A stretch of DNA of 13,073 nt. It comes from a virus. Lineage: Duplodnaviria > Heunggongvirae > Uroviricota > Caudoviricetes. The notes beneath the pieces were generated by a model that ran no database searches, was not told the DNA's origin, and saw only the letters and a list, made by a program, of their open reading frames with translations. Shown here one piece after another: positions 1-8,257 of the stretch. Both the position numbers and the translations under genes were made by a program. The stretch is from the IMG/VR virus record IMGVR_UViG_2695420863_000001. The stretch is one strand, 5' to 3'. Position 1 is the stretch's first letter, and each line of letters begins with the position of its first letter.

Positions 1-479
1 AGGGAATGCCCGTTCTGCGAGGCGGTGGCAAGGGTAATGAGGTGCTTTATGACTCTGCCGCCGTTATAAGATGGTATGCCGAAAGGGATGCTGAAATTGA
101 GAACGAAAAGCTGCGCCGGGAAGTTGAAGAACTGCGGCAGGCCAGCGAGACAGATCTCCAGCCAGGGACTATTGAGTACGAACGCCATCGACTTACGCGT
201 GCGCAGGCCGACGCACAGGAACTGAAGAATGCCAGCGAAACAGGTGAGGTAATTGACACTGCATTTGCGACTTATGCCTTGTCGAAATTAACTGGGGAAG
301 TTGGAGCAATCATTGATAGTCTTCCACTTGCGATCTGTCGACAGTTTCCTGGCATGGAAAAACGGTATCAGGACTTCATTAAGATGGAGGTCAGTAAAGC
401 ATTTATTCGAGCTTACCAGATCTCAGATAACATTCCAGATATGGCTGAAAGGTATATCAAGGATAATCAGCGAAGTTAA
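1..479 (+). CDS. nu1: Terminase small subunit Nu1, 5'-partial (reading frame enters the window at base 3; stop TAA at 477-479). The N-terminal ~100 residues seen here match lambda Nu1 closely; the last ~55 residues are diverged.
   Basis: Translation MPVLRGGGKGNEVLYDSAAV...AERDAEIENEKLRREVEELRQ matches lambda Nu1 as I recall it; ORF track 6..479. Confidence 0.9.
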   Translation, partial: GMPVLRGGGKGNEVLYDSAAVIRWYAERDAEIENEKLRREVEELRQASETDLQPGTIEYERHRLTRAQADAQELKNASETGEVIDTAFATYALSKLTGEVGAIIDSLPLAICRQFPGMEKRYQDFIKMEVSKAFIRAYQISDNIPDMAERYIKDNQRS

Positions 480-535
480 AACAAATGAAACCATAGGTAG
501 GAAGAGTGCTTAGGTGGTTCTTTGTTGCTTAAAAG

Positions 536-554
536 TCGCCAGTAAAACTGGCGA
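536..554. terminator. Possible bidirectional intrinsic terminator: 7-bp stem tcgccag/ctggcga with 5-nt loop, T-rich on both sides (plus strand tagattttatttg downstream; minus strand cttttaag downstream).
   Basis: Inverted repeat read directly from sequence, lying between the nu1 stop (479) and the stop of the minus-strand gene (586). Confidence 0.35.
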
Positions 555-585
555 TAGATTTTATTTGTCAAAAGCATTTGACCTT

Positions 586-1491
586 TTAAGGTAGTGGTAC
601 TATGGATATTTTTCTGTCGTTCCCAAATGAACTTTTAAATAATTTCGCTCTTGGATACATTTTAACTAGTGATGCGACTTCATCGAACTCGCTGGCATCA
701 AAAAGAGGACCAAGTATTACAGATTTTAACTCAAAAGGGTGAAATTTTAAGTCGCTATATTGACCAGTGCTATTTGGCCTAGCGTAGGTTGAAATTCTCC
801 ACTCTCTTTCATATGCCCATTCTTCTGTTTTTATGAATATTATCTCATTATTGATATATTCAATTGACTTATTGTCTGGCATGAAAAGCAACTCGGCCAT
901 CCCTTCAGCAGTGTGAGTTAGAGGCATTTCATCTGTGTATTTCATAGGTTTGGCTATTAACCAAGCGCTATCCAGAAAGTCTACACAATCAAATTCGATA
1001 ACTATACCTTTATATTTATCGGCATAGTGATTCCACATAGGAGTGATTATAGGGCTCTCAGATAAACACAAAATCCTTCTGTTATTAAGCATTCCTCGCC
1101 AGACATCTTTCATTTCTTGTATTGCCGCAGGAGCGCCAATCCCAACTGGTGGAATGTTTACCATTTCTTGAAATCTTTCAATTAATCCTGCGGGTATGCC
1201 TAAAGGAAATGACTTTTGGAAATCACTTAGCATTGTTCTAATTCTAGGGTTTAAATTTTGTATGTCTTCTCTGGGGGTAATCAACTCCGCTATTAACTTG
1301 CGGGCTAAAGCTTTGCCAATATTAATTTCGTTAATACCAGGCATAACTTCTCTTGGAACATCAAAAGGGTCATTAAATAGGACCGGAGAACTCCATCTAA
1401 GGCTGCATGAATCAAGAACAATCTTCGCGGTATTCAACGACATATACTTATAAAATGTTGAGCGTTCATGCATTCTGTTGGGTGAGCGCAT
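586..1491 (-). CDS. Hypothetical 301-aa protein, DUF2971-like by motif (N-terminal FYKY...FNDPFD, C-terminal YEREWR). Sole gene of an AT-rich insert that replaces the phage head module. Candidate accessory or defence gene.
   Basis: Long uninterrupted minus-strand ORF in a visibly AT-rich segment; RBS-like aagagga about 5 nt upstream of the ATG at 1491; motif resemblance to DUF2971 is from memory and not verified. Confidence 0.8.
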   Translation of the reverse strand: MRSPNRMHERSTFYKYMSLNTAKIVLDSCSLRWSSPVLFNDPFDVPREVMPGINEINIGKALARKLIAELITPREDIQNLNPRIRTMLSDFQKSFPLGIPAGLIERFQEMVNIPPVGIGAPAAIQEMKDVWRGMLNNRRILCLSESPIITPMWNHYADKYKGIVIEFDCVDFLDSAWLIAKPMKYTDEMPLTHTAEGMAELLFMPDNKSIEYINNEIIFIKTEEWAYEREWRISTYARPNSTGQYSDLKFHPFELKSVILGPLFDASEFDEVASLVKMYPRAKLFKSSFGNDRKISIVPLP

Positions 1492-1528
1492 AGATTCCTC
1501 TTGTTAAATGAGTGATGGTTTTCATCCA

Positions 1529-1549
1529 TGTATTGCACGTTGTATTGCA
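1529..1549. promoter_or_regulatory. Direct repeat tgtattgca-cgt-tgtattgca in the upstream region of the minus-strand cargo gene; possible operator or promoter element.
   Basis: Exact 9-bp direct repeat spaced by 3 nt, about 40-60 bp upstream of the cargo gene start; no strong sigma70 -35/-10 pair could be assigned by eye. Confidence 0.25.
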
Positions 1550-1625
1550 TTCAAGGATTTTCCATTTCAATTCTATAGCTAAAACGTAATCAAATCATTC
1601 ACATCCTTTCATATTTGACTCATGT

Positions 1626-2416
1626 AGCCGAAGCATGAGGTGAATCCGCAGATGACCCTGCGTCGCCTGCCGGATGAAGATCCGCAGAATCTGGCGGACC
1701 CGGCTTACCGCCGCCGTCGCATCATCATGCAGAACATGCGAGACGAAGAGCTGGCCATTGCTCAGGTCGAAGAGATGCAGGCAGTTTCTGCTGTGCTTAA
1801 GGGCAAATACACCATGACCGGTGAAGCCTTCGATCCGGTTGAGGTGGATATGGGCCGCAGTGCGGCGAACAACATCACACAGTCCGGTGGTACGGAGTGG
1901 AGCAAGCGTGACAAGTCCACGTATGACCCGACCGACGATATCGAAGCCTATGCGCTGAACGCCAGCGGAGTGGTGAATATCATCGTGTTTGATCCGAAAG
2001 GCTGGGCGCTGTTCCGTTCCTTCAAAGCCGTCAAGGAGAAGCTGGATACCCGTCGCGGCTCTAATTCCGAGCTGGAGACAGCGGTAAAAGACCTGGGCGA
2101 AGCGGTGTCCTATAAGGGGATGTATGGCGATACGGCGATCGTCGTGTATTCCGGACAGTACGTGGAAAACGACGTCAAAAAGAACTTCCTTCCGGACAAC
2201 ACGATGGTGCTGGGGAACTCTCAGGCACGCGGTCTGCGCACCTATGGCTGCATTCAGGATGCGGACGCACAGCGCGAAGGTATTAACGCCTCTGCCCGCT
2301 ACCCGAAAAACTGGGTGACCACCGGCGATCCGGCGCGTGAGTTCACCATGATTCAGTCAGCACCGCTGATGCTGCTGGCTGACCCTGATGCGTTCGTGTC
2401 CGTACAACTGGCGTAA
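1626..2416 (+). pseudogene. E: Major capsid protein E, 5'-truncated remnant. Lambda-like sequence begins about 1626; the in-frame ORF is 1640..2416 (258 of ~341 codons); the upstream frame hits TAG at 1625-1627.
   Basis: Translation NPQMTLRRLPDEDPQNLADPAYRRRRIIMQNMRDEELAIAQVEEMQ...FVSVQLA matches the C-terminal ~3/4 of lambda gpE; the N-terminal ~83 codons are absent. Confidence 0.9.
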
Positions 2417-2457
2417 TCATGGCCCTTCGGGGCCATTTTCTCTCTGTGGAGGAGTCT

Positions 2458-2853
2458 ATGACGAAAGATGAACTGATTGCCCGTCTTCAGGTGCTGGGTG
2501 AGCAACTGAACCGTGATGTCAGCCTGACGGGGACGAAAGAAGAACTGGTGCTCCGTGTGGCAGAGCTGGAAGAGGAGCTTGATGACACGGATGACGCTGC
2601 CGGTCAGGACACATCTGTCAGCCCGGAAAATGCGCTGACCGGACATGAAAATGAGGTTGTATCAGCGCAGCCGGATACCGTGACTGATACGGCTGATCTG
2701 GTCACGGTTGTGGCACTGGTGACGCTGCATACTGATGCACTTCACGCCACGCGGGATGAGGCTGTGGCATTTGTGCTGCCGGGAACGGCGTTCCGTGTCT
2801 CTGCCGGTGTGTCAGCTGAAATGACAGAGCGCGGCCTGGCCAGAATGCAATAA
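2458..2853 (+). CDS. FI: FI protein (DNA packaging / head-tail assembly accessory). Start ATG at 2458 preceded by ggagg.
   Basis: MTKDELIARLQVLGEQLNRDVSLTGTKEEL... matches lambda gpFI; the upstream in-frame ATG at 2419 is less likely (no RBS; lambda start conserved at 2458). Confidence 0.9.
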   Translation: MTKDELIARLQVLGEQLNRDVSLTGTKEELVLRVAELEEELDDTDDAAGQDTSVSPENALTGHENEVVSAQPDTVTDTADLVTVVALVTLHTDALHATRDEAVAFVLPGTAFRVSAGVSAEMTERGLARMQ

Positions 2854-2864
2854 CGGGAGGCGCT

Positions 2865-3218
2865 GTGGCTGATTTCGATAACCTGTTCGATGCTGCCATT
2901 GCCCGCGCCGATGAAACGATACGCGGGTACATGGGAACGTCAGCCACCATGACATCCGGTGAGCAGTCCGGCGCAGTAATACGTGGTGTTTTTGATGACC
3001 CTGAAAATATCAGCTATGCCGGACAGGGCGTGCGCGTTGAAGGCTCCAGCCCGTCCCTGTTTGTCCGGACTGATGATGTGCGGCAGCTGCGGCGCGGCGA
3101 CACGCTGACCATCGGTGAGGAAAACTTCTGGATAGACCGGATTTCGCCGGATGATGGCGGAAGCTGTCATCTCTGGCTTGGGCGGGGCGTACCGCCTGCC
3201 GTTAACCGTCGCCGCTGA
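2865..3218 (+). CDS. FII: FII head-tail joining protein; GTG start with gggagg RBS.
   Basis: MADFDNLFDAAIARADETIRGYMGTSAT... matches lambda gpFII (117 aa). Confidence 0.92.
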   Translation: MADFDNLFDAAIARADETIRGYMGTSATMTSGEQSGAVIRGVFDDPENISYAGQGVRVEGSSPSLFVRTDDVRQLRRGDTLTIGEENFWIDRISPDDGGSCHLWLGRGVPPAVNRRR

Positions 3219-3229
3219 AAGGGGGATGT

Positions 3230-3808
3230 ATGGCCATAAAAGGTCTTGAGCAGGCCGTTGAAAACCTCAGTCGTATCAGCAGAGCGGCGGTGCCCGGTGC
3301 CGCCGCAATGGCCATTAACCGCGTTGCTTCATCCGCGATATCGCAGTCGGCGTCACAGGTTGCCCGTGAGACAAAGGTACGCCGGAAACTGGTAAAGGAA
3401 AGGGCCAGGCTGAAAAGGGCCACGGTCAAAAATCCGCAGGCCAGAATCAAGGTTAACCGGGGGGATTTGCCCGTAATAAAGCTGGGTAACGCGCGGATTG
3501 TCCTGTCCCGACGCAGGCGTCGTAAAAAGGGGCAGCGTTCAGCCCTGAAAGGTGGCGGCAGCGTGCTTGTGGTGGGAAACCGTCGTATTCCCGGCGCGTT
3601 TATTCAGCAACTGAAACATGGCCGCTGGCATGTCATGCAGCGTGTGGCCGGGAAAAACCGTTACCCCATTGATGTGGTGAAAATCCCGATGGCGGTGCCG
3701 CTGACCACGGCGTTTAAACAGAATATTGAGCGGATACGGCGTGAGCGTCTTCCGAAAGAGCTGGGCTATGCGCTGCAGCATCAACTGAGGATGGTAATAA
3801 AGCGATGA
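3230..3808 (+). CDS. Z: Z tail completion protein.
   Basis: MAIKGLEQAVENLSRIS...HQLRMVIKR matches lambda gpZ (192 aa). Confidence 0.92.
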   Translation: MAIKGLEQAVENLSRISRAAVPGAAAMAINRVASSAISQSASQVARETKVRRKLVKERARLKRATVKNPQARIKVNRGDLPVIKLGNARIVLSRRRRRKKGQRSALKGGGSVLVVGNRRIPGAFIQQLKHGRWHVMQRVAGKNRYPIDVVKIPMAVPLTTAFKQNIERIRRERLPKELGYALQHQLRMVIKR

Positions 3809-4200
3809 AACATACTGAACTCCGTGCAGCCGTACTGGATGCACTGGAGAAGCATGACACCGGGGCGACGCTTTTTGATGGTCGCCCCGCTGTTTTTGAT
3901 GAGGAAGATTTTCCGGCAATTGCCGTTTATCTCACCGGCGCTGAATACACGGGCGAAGAGCTGGACAGCGATACCTGGCAGGCGGAGCTGCATATTGAAG
4001 TTTTCCTGCCTGCTCAGGTGCCGGATTCAGAGCTGGATGCGTGGATGGAGTCCCGGATTTATCCGGTGATGAGCGATATCCCGGCACTGTCAGATTTGAT
4101 CACCAGTATGGTGGCCAGTGGCTATGACTACCGGCGCGACGATGATGCGGGCCTGTGGAGTTCAGCCGATCTGACTTATGTCATTACCTATGAAATGTGA
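3805..4200 (+). CDS. U: U tail terminator protein; start overlaps Z stop (ATGA).
   Basis: [22 protein letters not shown]...LTYVITYEM matches lambda gpU (131 aa). Confidence 0.92.
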   Translation: MKHTELRAAVLDALEKHDTGATLFDGRPAVFDEEDFPAIAVYLTGAEYTGEELDSDTWQAELHIEVFLPAQVPDSELDAWMESRIYPVMSDIPALSDLITSMVASGYDYRRDDDAGLWSSADLTYVITYEM

Positions 4201-4207
4201 GGACGCT

Positions 4208-4948
4208 ATGCCTGTACCAAATCCTACAATGCCGGTGAAAGGTGCCGGGACCACCCTGTGGGTTTATAAGGGGAGCGGTGACCCTTATGCGAACCCGCTT
4301 TCAGACGTTGACTGGTCGCGTCTGGCAAAAGTTAAAGACCTGACGCCCGGCGAACTGACCGCTGAGTCCTATGACGACAGCTATCTCGATGATAAAGATG
4401 CAGACTGGACTGCGACCGGGCAGGGGCAGAAATCTGCCGGAGATACCAGCTTCACGCTGGCGTGGATGCCCGGAGAGCAGGGGCAGCAGGCGCTGCTGGC
4501 GTGGTTTAATGAAGGTGATACCCGTGCCTATAAAATCCGCTTCCCGAACGGCACGGTCGATGTGTTCCGTGGCTGGGTCAGCAGTATCGGTAAGGCGGTG
4601 ACGGCGAAGGAAGTGATTACCCGCACGGTGAAGGTCACCAATGTGGGACGTCCGTCGATGGCAGAAGATCGCAGCACGGTAACAGCGGCAACCGGCATGA
4701 CCGTGACGCCTGCCAGCACTTCGGTGGTGAAAGGGCAGAGCACCACGCTGACCGTGGCATTCCAGCCGGAAGGCGCAACCGACAAGAGCTTCCGTGCGGT
4801 GTCAGCGGATAAAACAAAAGCCACCGTGTCGGTCAGTGGTATGACCATCACCGTGAATGGCGTTGCTGCAGGCAAGGTCAACATTCCGATTGTATCCGGT
4901 AATGGTGAGTTTGCTGCGGTTGCAGAAATCACCGTCACCGCCAGTTAA
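4208..4948 (+). CDS. V: V major tail tube protein with C-terminal Ig-like region; start at the ATG at 4208 (lambda start [12 protein letters not shown]), not the upstream ATG at 4178.
   Basis: [31 protein letters not shown]...AEITVTAS matches lambda gpV (246 aa). Confidence 0.92.
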   Translation: MPVPNPTMPVKGAGTTLWVYKGSGDPYANPLSDVDWSRLAKVKDLTPGELTAESYDDSYLDDKDADWTATGQGQKSAGDTSFTLAWMPGEQGQQALLAWFNEGDTRAYKIRFPNGTVDVFRGWVSSIGKAVTAKEVITRTVKVTNVGRPSMAEDRSTVTAATGMTVTPASTSVVKGQSTTLTVAFQPEGATDKSFRAVSADKTKATVSVSGMTITVNGVAAGKVNIPIVSGNGEFAAVAEITVTAS

Positions 4949-4963
4949 TCCGGAGAGTCAGAG

Positions 4964-5386
4964 ATGTTCCTGAAAACCGAATCATTTGAACATAACGGTG
5001 TGACCGTCACGCTTTCTGAACTGTCAGCCCTGCAGCGTATTGAGCATCTCGCCCTGATGAAACGGCAGGCAGAACAGGCGGAGTCAGACAGCAACCGGAA
5101 GTTTACTGTGGAAGACGCCATCAGAACCGGCGCGTTTCTGGTGGCGATGTCCCTGTGGCATAACCATCCGCAGAAGACAAAGCAGCCTTCCATGAATGAA
5201 GCCGTTAAACAGATTGAGCAGGAAGTGCTTACCACCTGGCCCACAGAGGCAATTTCTCATGCTGAAAACGTGGTGTACCGGCTGTCTGGTATGTATGAGT
5301 TTGTGGTGAATAATGCCCCTGAACAGGCAGAGGACGCCGGGCCCGCAGAGCCTGTTTCTGCGGGAAAGTGTTCGACGGTGAGCTGA
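4964..5386 (+). CDS. G: G tail assembly chaperone.
   Basis: MFLKTESFEHNGVTVTLSELSALQRIEHL...SAGKCSTVS matches lambda gpG (140 aa). Confidence 0.92.
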   Translation: MFLKTESFEHNGVTVTLSELSALQRIEHLALMKRQAEQAESDSNRKFTVEDAIRTGAFLVAMSLWHNHPQKTKQPSMNEAVKQIEQEVLTTWPTEAISHAENVVYRLSGMYEFVVNNAPEQAEDAGPAEPVSAGKCSTVS

Positions 5387-5802
5387 GTTTTGCCCTGAAA
5401 CTGGCGCGTGAGATGGGGCGACCCGACTGGCGTGCCATGCTTGCCGGGATGTCATCCACGGAGTATGCCGACTGGCACCGCTTTTACAGTACCCATTATT
5501 TTCATGATGTTCTGCTGGATATGCACTTTTCCGGGCTGACGTACACCGTGCTCAGCCTGTTTTTCAGCGATCCGGATATGCATCCGCTGGATTTCAGTCT
5601 GCTGAACCGGCGCGAGGCTGACGAAGAGCCTGAAGATGATGTGCTGATGCAGAAAGCGGCAGGGCTTGCCGGAGGTGTCCGCTTTGGCCCGGACGGGAAT
5701 GAAGTTATCCCCGCTTCCCCGGATGTGGCGGACATGACGGAGGATGACGTAATGCTGATGACAGTATCAGAAGGGATCGCAGGAGGAGTCCGGTATGGCT
5801 GA
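4964..5802 (+). CDS. T: G-T fusion tail assembly chaperone made by -1 frameshift at 5362-5368; the T-frame part runs ~5367..5802.
   Basis: T-frame translation FDGELSFALKLAREMGRPDWRAMLAGMSSTEYADWHRFY... matches lambda gpT; the lambda G-T frameshift is established biology. Confidence 0.85.
5362..5368 (+). other. Programmed -1 ribosomal frameshift slippery heptamer G_GGA_AAG joining G to T.
   Basis: Heptamer gggaaag sits in the G frame as G GGA AAG; the -1 frame reads on as KVFDGELSFALK..., the T ORF. Confidence 0.85.
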
Positions 5803-8257
5803 ACCTGTAGGCGATCTGGTCGTTGATTTGAGTCTGGATGCGGCCAGATTTGACGAGCAGATGGCCAGAGTCAGGCGTCATTTTTCCGGTACGGAAAGTG
5901 ATGCGAAAAGAACAGCGGCAGTCGTTGAACAGTCGCTGAGCCGACAGGCGCTGGCTGCACAGAAAGCGGGGATTTCCGTCGGGCAGTATAAAGCCGCCAT
6001 GCGTATGCTGCCTGCACAGTTCACCGACGTGGCCACGCAGCTTGCAGGCGGGCAAAGTCCGTGGCTGATCCTGCTGCAACAGGGGGGGCAGGTGAAGGAC
6101 TCCTTCGGCGGGATGATCCCCATGTTCAGGGGGCTTGCCGGTGCGATCACCCTGCCGATGGTGGGGGCCACCTCGCTGGCGGTGGCGACCGGTGCGCTGG
6201 CGTATGCCTGGTATCAGGGCAACTCAACCCTGTCCGATTTCAACAAAACGCTGGTCCTTTCCGGTCATCAGTCGGGTCTGACGGCAGATCGTATGCTGGT
6301 CCTGTCCAGAGCCGGGCAGGCGGCAGGGCTGACGTTTAACCAGACCAGCGAGTCACTCAGCGCACTGGTTAAGGCGGGGGTAAGCGGTGAGGCTCAGATT
6401 GCGTCCATCAGCCAGAGTGTGGCGCGTTTCTCCTCTGCATCCGGCGTGGAGGTGGACAAGGTCGCTGAAGCCTTCGGGAAGCTGACCACAGACCCGACGT
6501 CGGGGCTGACGGCGATGGCACGCCAGTTCCATAACGTGACGGCGGAGCAGATTGCGTATGTTGCTCAGTTGCAGCGTTCCGGCGATGAAGCCGGGGCATT
6601 GCAGGCGGCGAACGAGGCCGCAACGAAAGGGTTTGATGACCAGACCCGCCGCCTGAAAGAGAACATGGGCACGCTGGAGACCTGGGCAGACAGGACTGCG
6701 CGGGCATTCAAATCCATGTGGGATGCGGTGCTGGATATTGGTCGTCCTGATACCGCGCAGGAGATGCTGATTAAGGCAGAGGCTGCGTTTAAGAAAGCAG
6801 ACGACATCTGGAATCTGCGCAAGGATGATTATTTTGTTAACGATGAAGCGCGGGCGCGTTACTGGGATGATCGTGAAAAGGCCCGTCTTGCGCTTGAAGC
6901 CGCCCGAAAGAAGGCTGAGCAGCAGACTCAACAGGACAAAAATGCGCAGCAGCAGAGCGATACCGAAGCGTCACGGCTGAAATATACCGAAGAGGCGCAG
7001 AAGGCTTACGAACGGCTGCAGACACCGCTGGAGAAATATACCGCCCGTCAGGAAGAACTGAACAAGGCACTGAAAGACGGGAAAATCCTGCAGGCAGATT
7101 ACAACACGCTGATGGCGGCGGCGAAAAAGGATTATGAAGCGACGCTGAAAAAGCCGAAACAGTCCGGCGTGAAAGTGTCTGCGGGCGATCGTCAGGAAGA
7201 CAGTGCTCATGCTGCCCTGCTGACGCTTCAGGCAGAACTCCGGACGCTGGAGAAGCATGCCGGAGCAAATGAGAAAATCAGCCAGCAGCGCCGGGATTTG
7301 TGGAAGGCGGAGAGTCAGTTCGCGGTACTGGAGGAGGCGGCGCAACGTCGCCAGCTGTCTGCACAGGAGAAATCCCTGCTGGCGCATAAAGATGAGACGC
7401 TGGAGTACAAACGCCAGCTGGCTGCACTTGGCGACAAGGTTACGTATCAGGAGCGCCTGAACGCGCTGGCGCAGCAGGCGGATAAATTCGCACAGCAGCA
7501 ACGGGCAAAACGGGCCGCCATTGATGCGAAAAGCCGGGGGCTGACTGACCGGCAGGCAGAACGGGAAGCCACGGAACAGCGCCTGAAGGAACAGTATGGC
7601 GATAATCCGCTGGCGCTGAATAACATCATGTCAGAGCAGAAAAAGACCTGGGCGGCTGAAGACCAGCTTCGCGGGAACTGGATGGCAGGCCTGAAGTCCG
7701 GCTGGAGTGAGTGGGAAGAGAGCGCCACGGACAGTATGTCGCAGGTAAAAAGTGCAGCCACGCAGACCTTTGATGGTATTGCACAGAATATGGCGGCGAT
7801 GCTGACCGGCAGTGAGCAGAACTGGCGCAGCTTCACCCGTTCCGTGCTGTCCATGATGACAGAAATTCTGCTTAAGCAGGCAATGGTGGGGATTGTCGGG
7901 AGTATCGGCAGCGCCATTGGCGGGGCTGTTGGTGGCGGCGCATCCGCGTCAGGCGGTACAGCCATTCAGGCCGCTGCGGCGAAATTCCATTTTGCAACCG
8001 GAGGATTTACGGGAACCGGCGGCAAATATGAGCCAGCGGGGATTGTTCACCGTGGTGAGTTTGTCTTCACGAAGGAGGCAACCAGCCGGATTGGCGTGGG
8101 GAATCTTTACCGGCTGATGCGCGGCTATGCCACCGGCGGTTATGTCGGTACACCGGGCAGCATGGCAGACAGCCGGTCGCAGGCGTCCGGGACGTTTGAG
8201 CAGAATAACCATGTGGTGATTAACAACGACGGCACGAACACCCGACGTCGGGACTGA
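5795..8257 (+). pseudogene. H: Tape measure protein H, copy A: H codons 1-815 followed by 5 junk codons (TRRRD) and a stop, caused by a frame-breaking junction at 8239/8240. Truncated relative to the ~853-aa lambda gpH.
   Basis: MAEPVGDLVVDLSLDAARFDEQMARVRRHF... matches lambda gpH up to ...NNHVVINNDGTN, then departs; the expected continuation GQIGP... is seen only in copies B and C. Confidence 0.85.
6768..7975 (+). repeat. Direct repeat, copy 1 of ~1.2 kb; near-identical to 10181..11388 (offset 3413 bp).
   Basis: Identical minus-strand ORF translations in the track (6837..7268 = 10250..10681; 6971..7501 = 10384..10914; 7447..7965 = 10860..11378) plus by-eye comparison. Confidence 0.85.

Noticed and set aside
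301-513. Plus-strand 70-aa ORF overlapping the end of nu1 as a possible remnant of gene A.
   Set aside because: It is out of frame within nu1, and its translation (MEQSLIVFHLRSVDSF...) does not resemble the gpA N-terminus (MNISNSQVNRL... as I recall it).
1196-1453. Plus-strand 85-aa ORF inside the cargo gene.
   Set aside because: Entirely nested antisense within the 301-aa minus-strand ORF, with no RBS and no recognisable motifs; the minus-strand ORF is far longer and has a good RBS.
2419-2457. Upstream in-frame ATG at 2419 that would extend FI by 13 codons (MALRGHFLSVEES).
   Set aside because: The lambda FI start corresponds to the ATG at 2458, which has a ggagg RBS about 6 nt upstream; 2419 overlaps the E stop region and has no RBS.
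3824-4069. Alternative-frame ORFs inside U, V and G (e.g. 3824..4069, 4371..4601, 4528..4938, 5084..5455).
   Set aside because: Overlapping or antisense frames within confidently identified lambda tail genes; no motifs or RBS; typical GC-rich frame artefacts.
4178-4207. Upstream ATG at 4178 that would extend V by 10 codons.
   Set aside because: The lambda V start (MPVPNPT) is the ATG at 4208; the extension would overlap the end of U, and the track start is simply the first in-frame ATG.
6353-6931. Numerous long minus-strand ORFs overlapping H and its copies (e.g. 6353..6931, 6837..7268, 6971..7501, 7447..7965, 7949..8455, 9709..10344, 11362..12027, 11993..12649).
   Set aside because: They lie antisense to well-supported lambda tail genes in GC-rich DNA where stop-free antisense frames are common; their translations are low-complexity (rich in R, P, S, A, C) with no recognisable motifs, and they recur only because the underlying H sequence is repeated.
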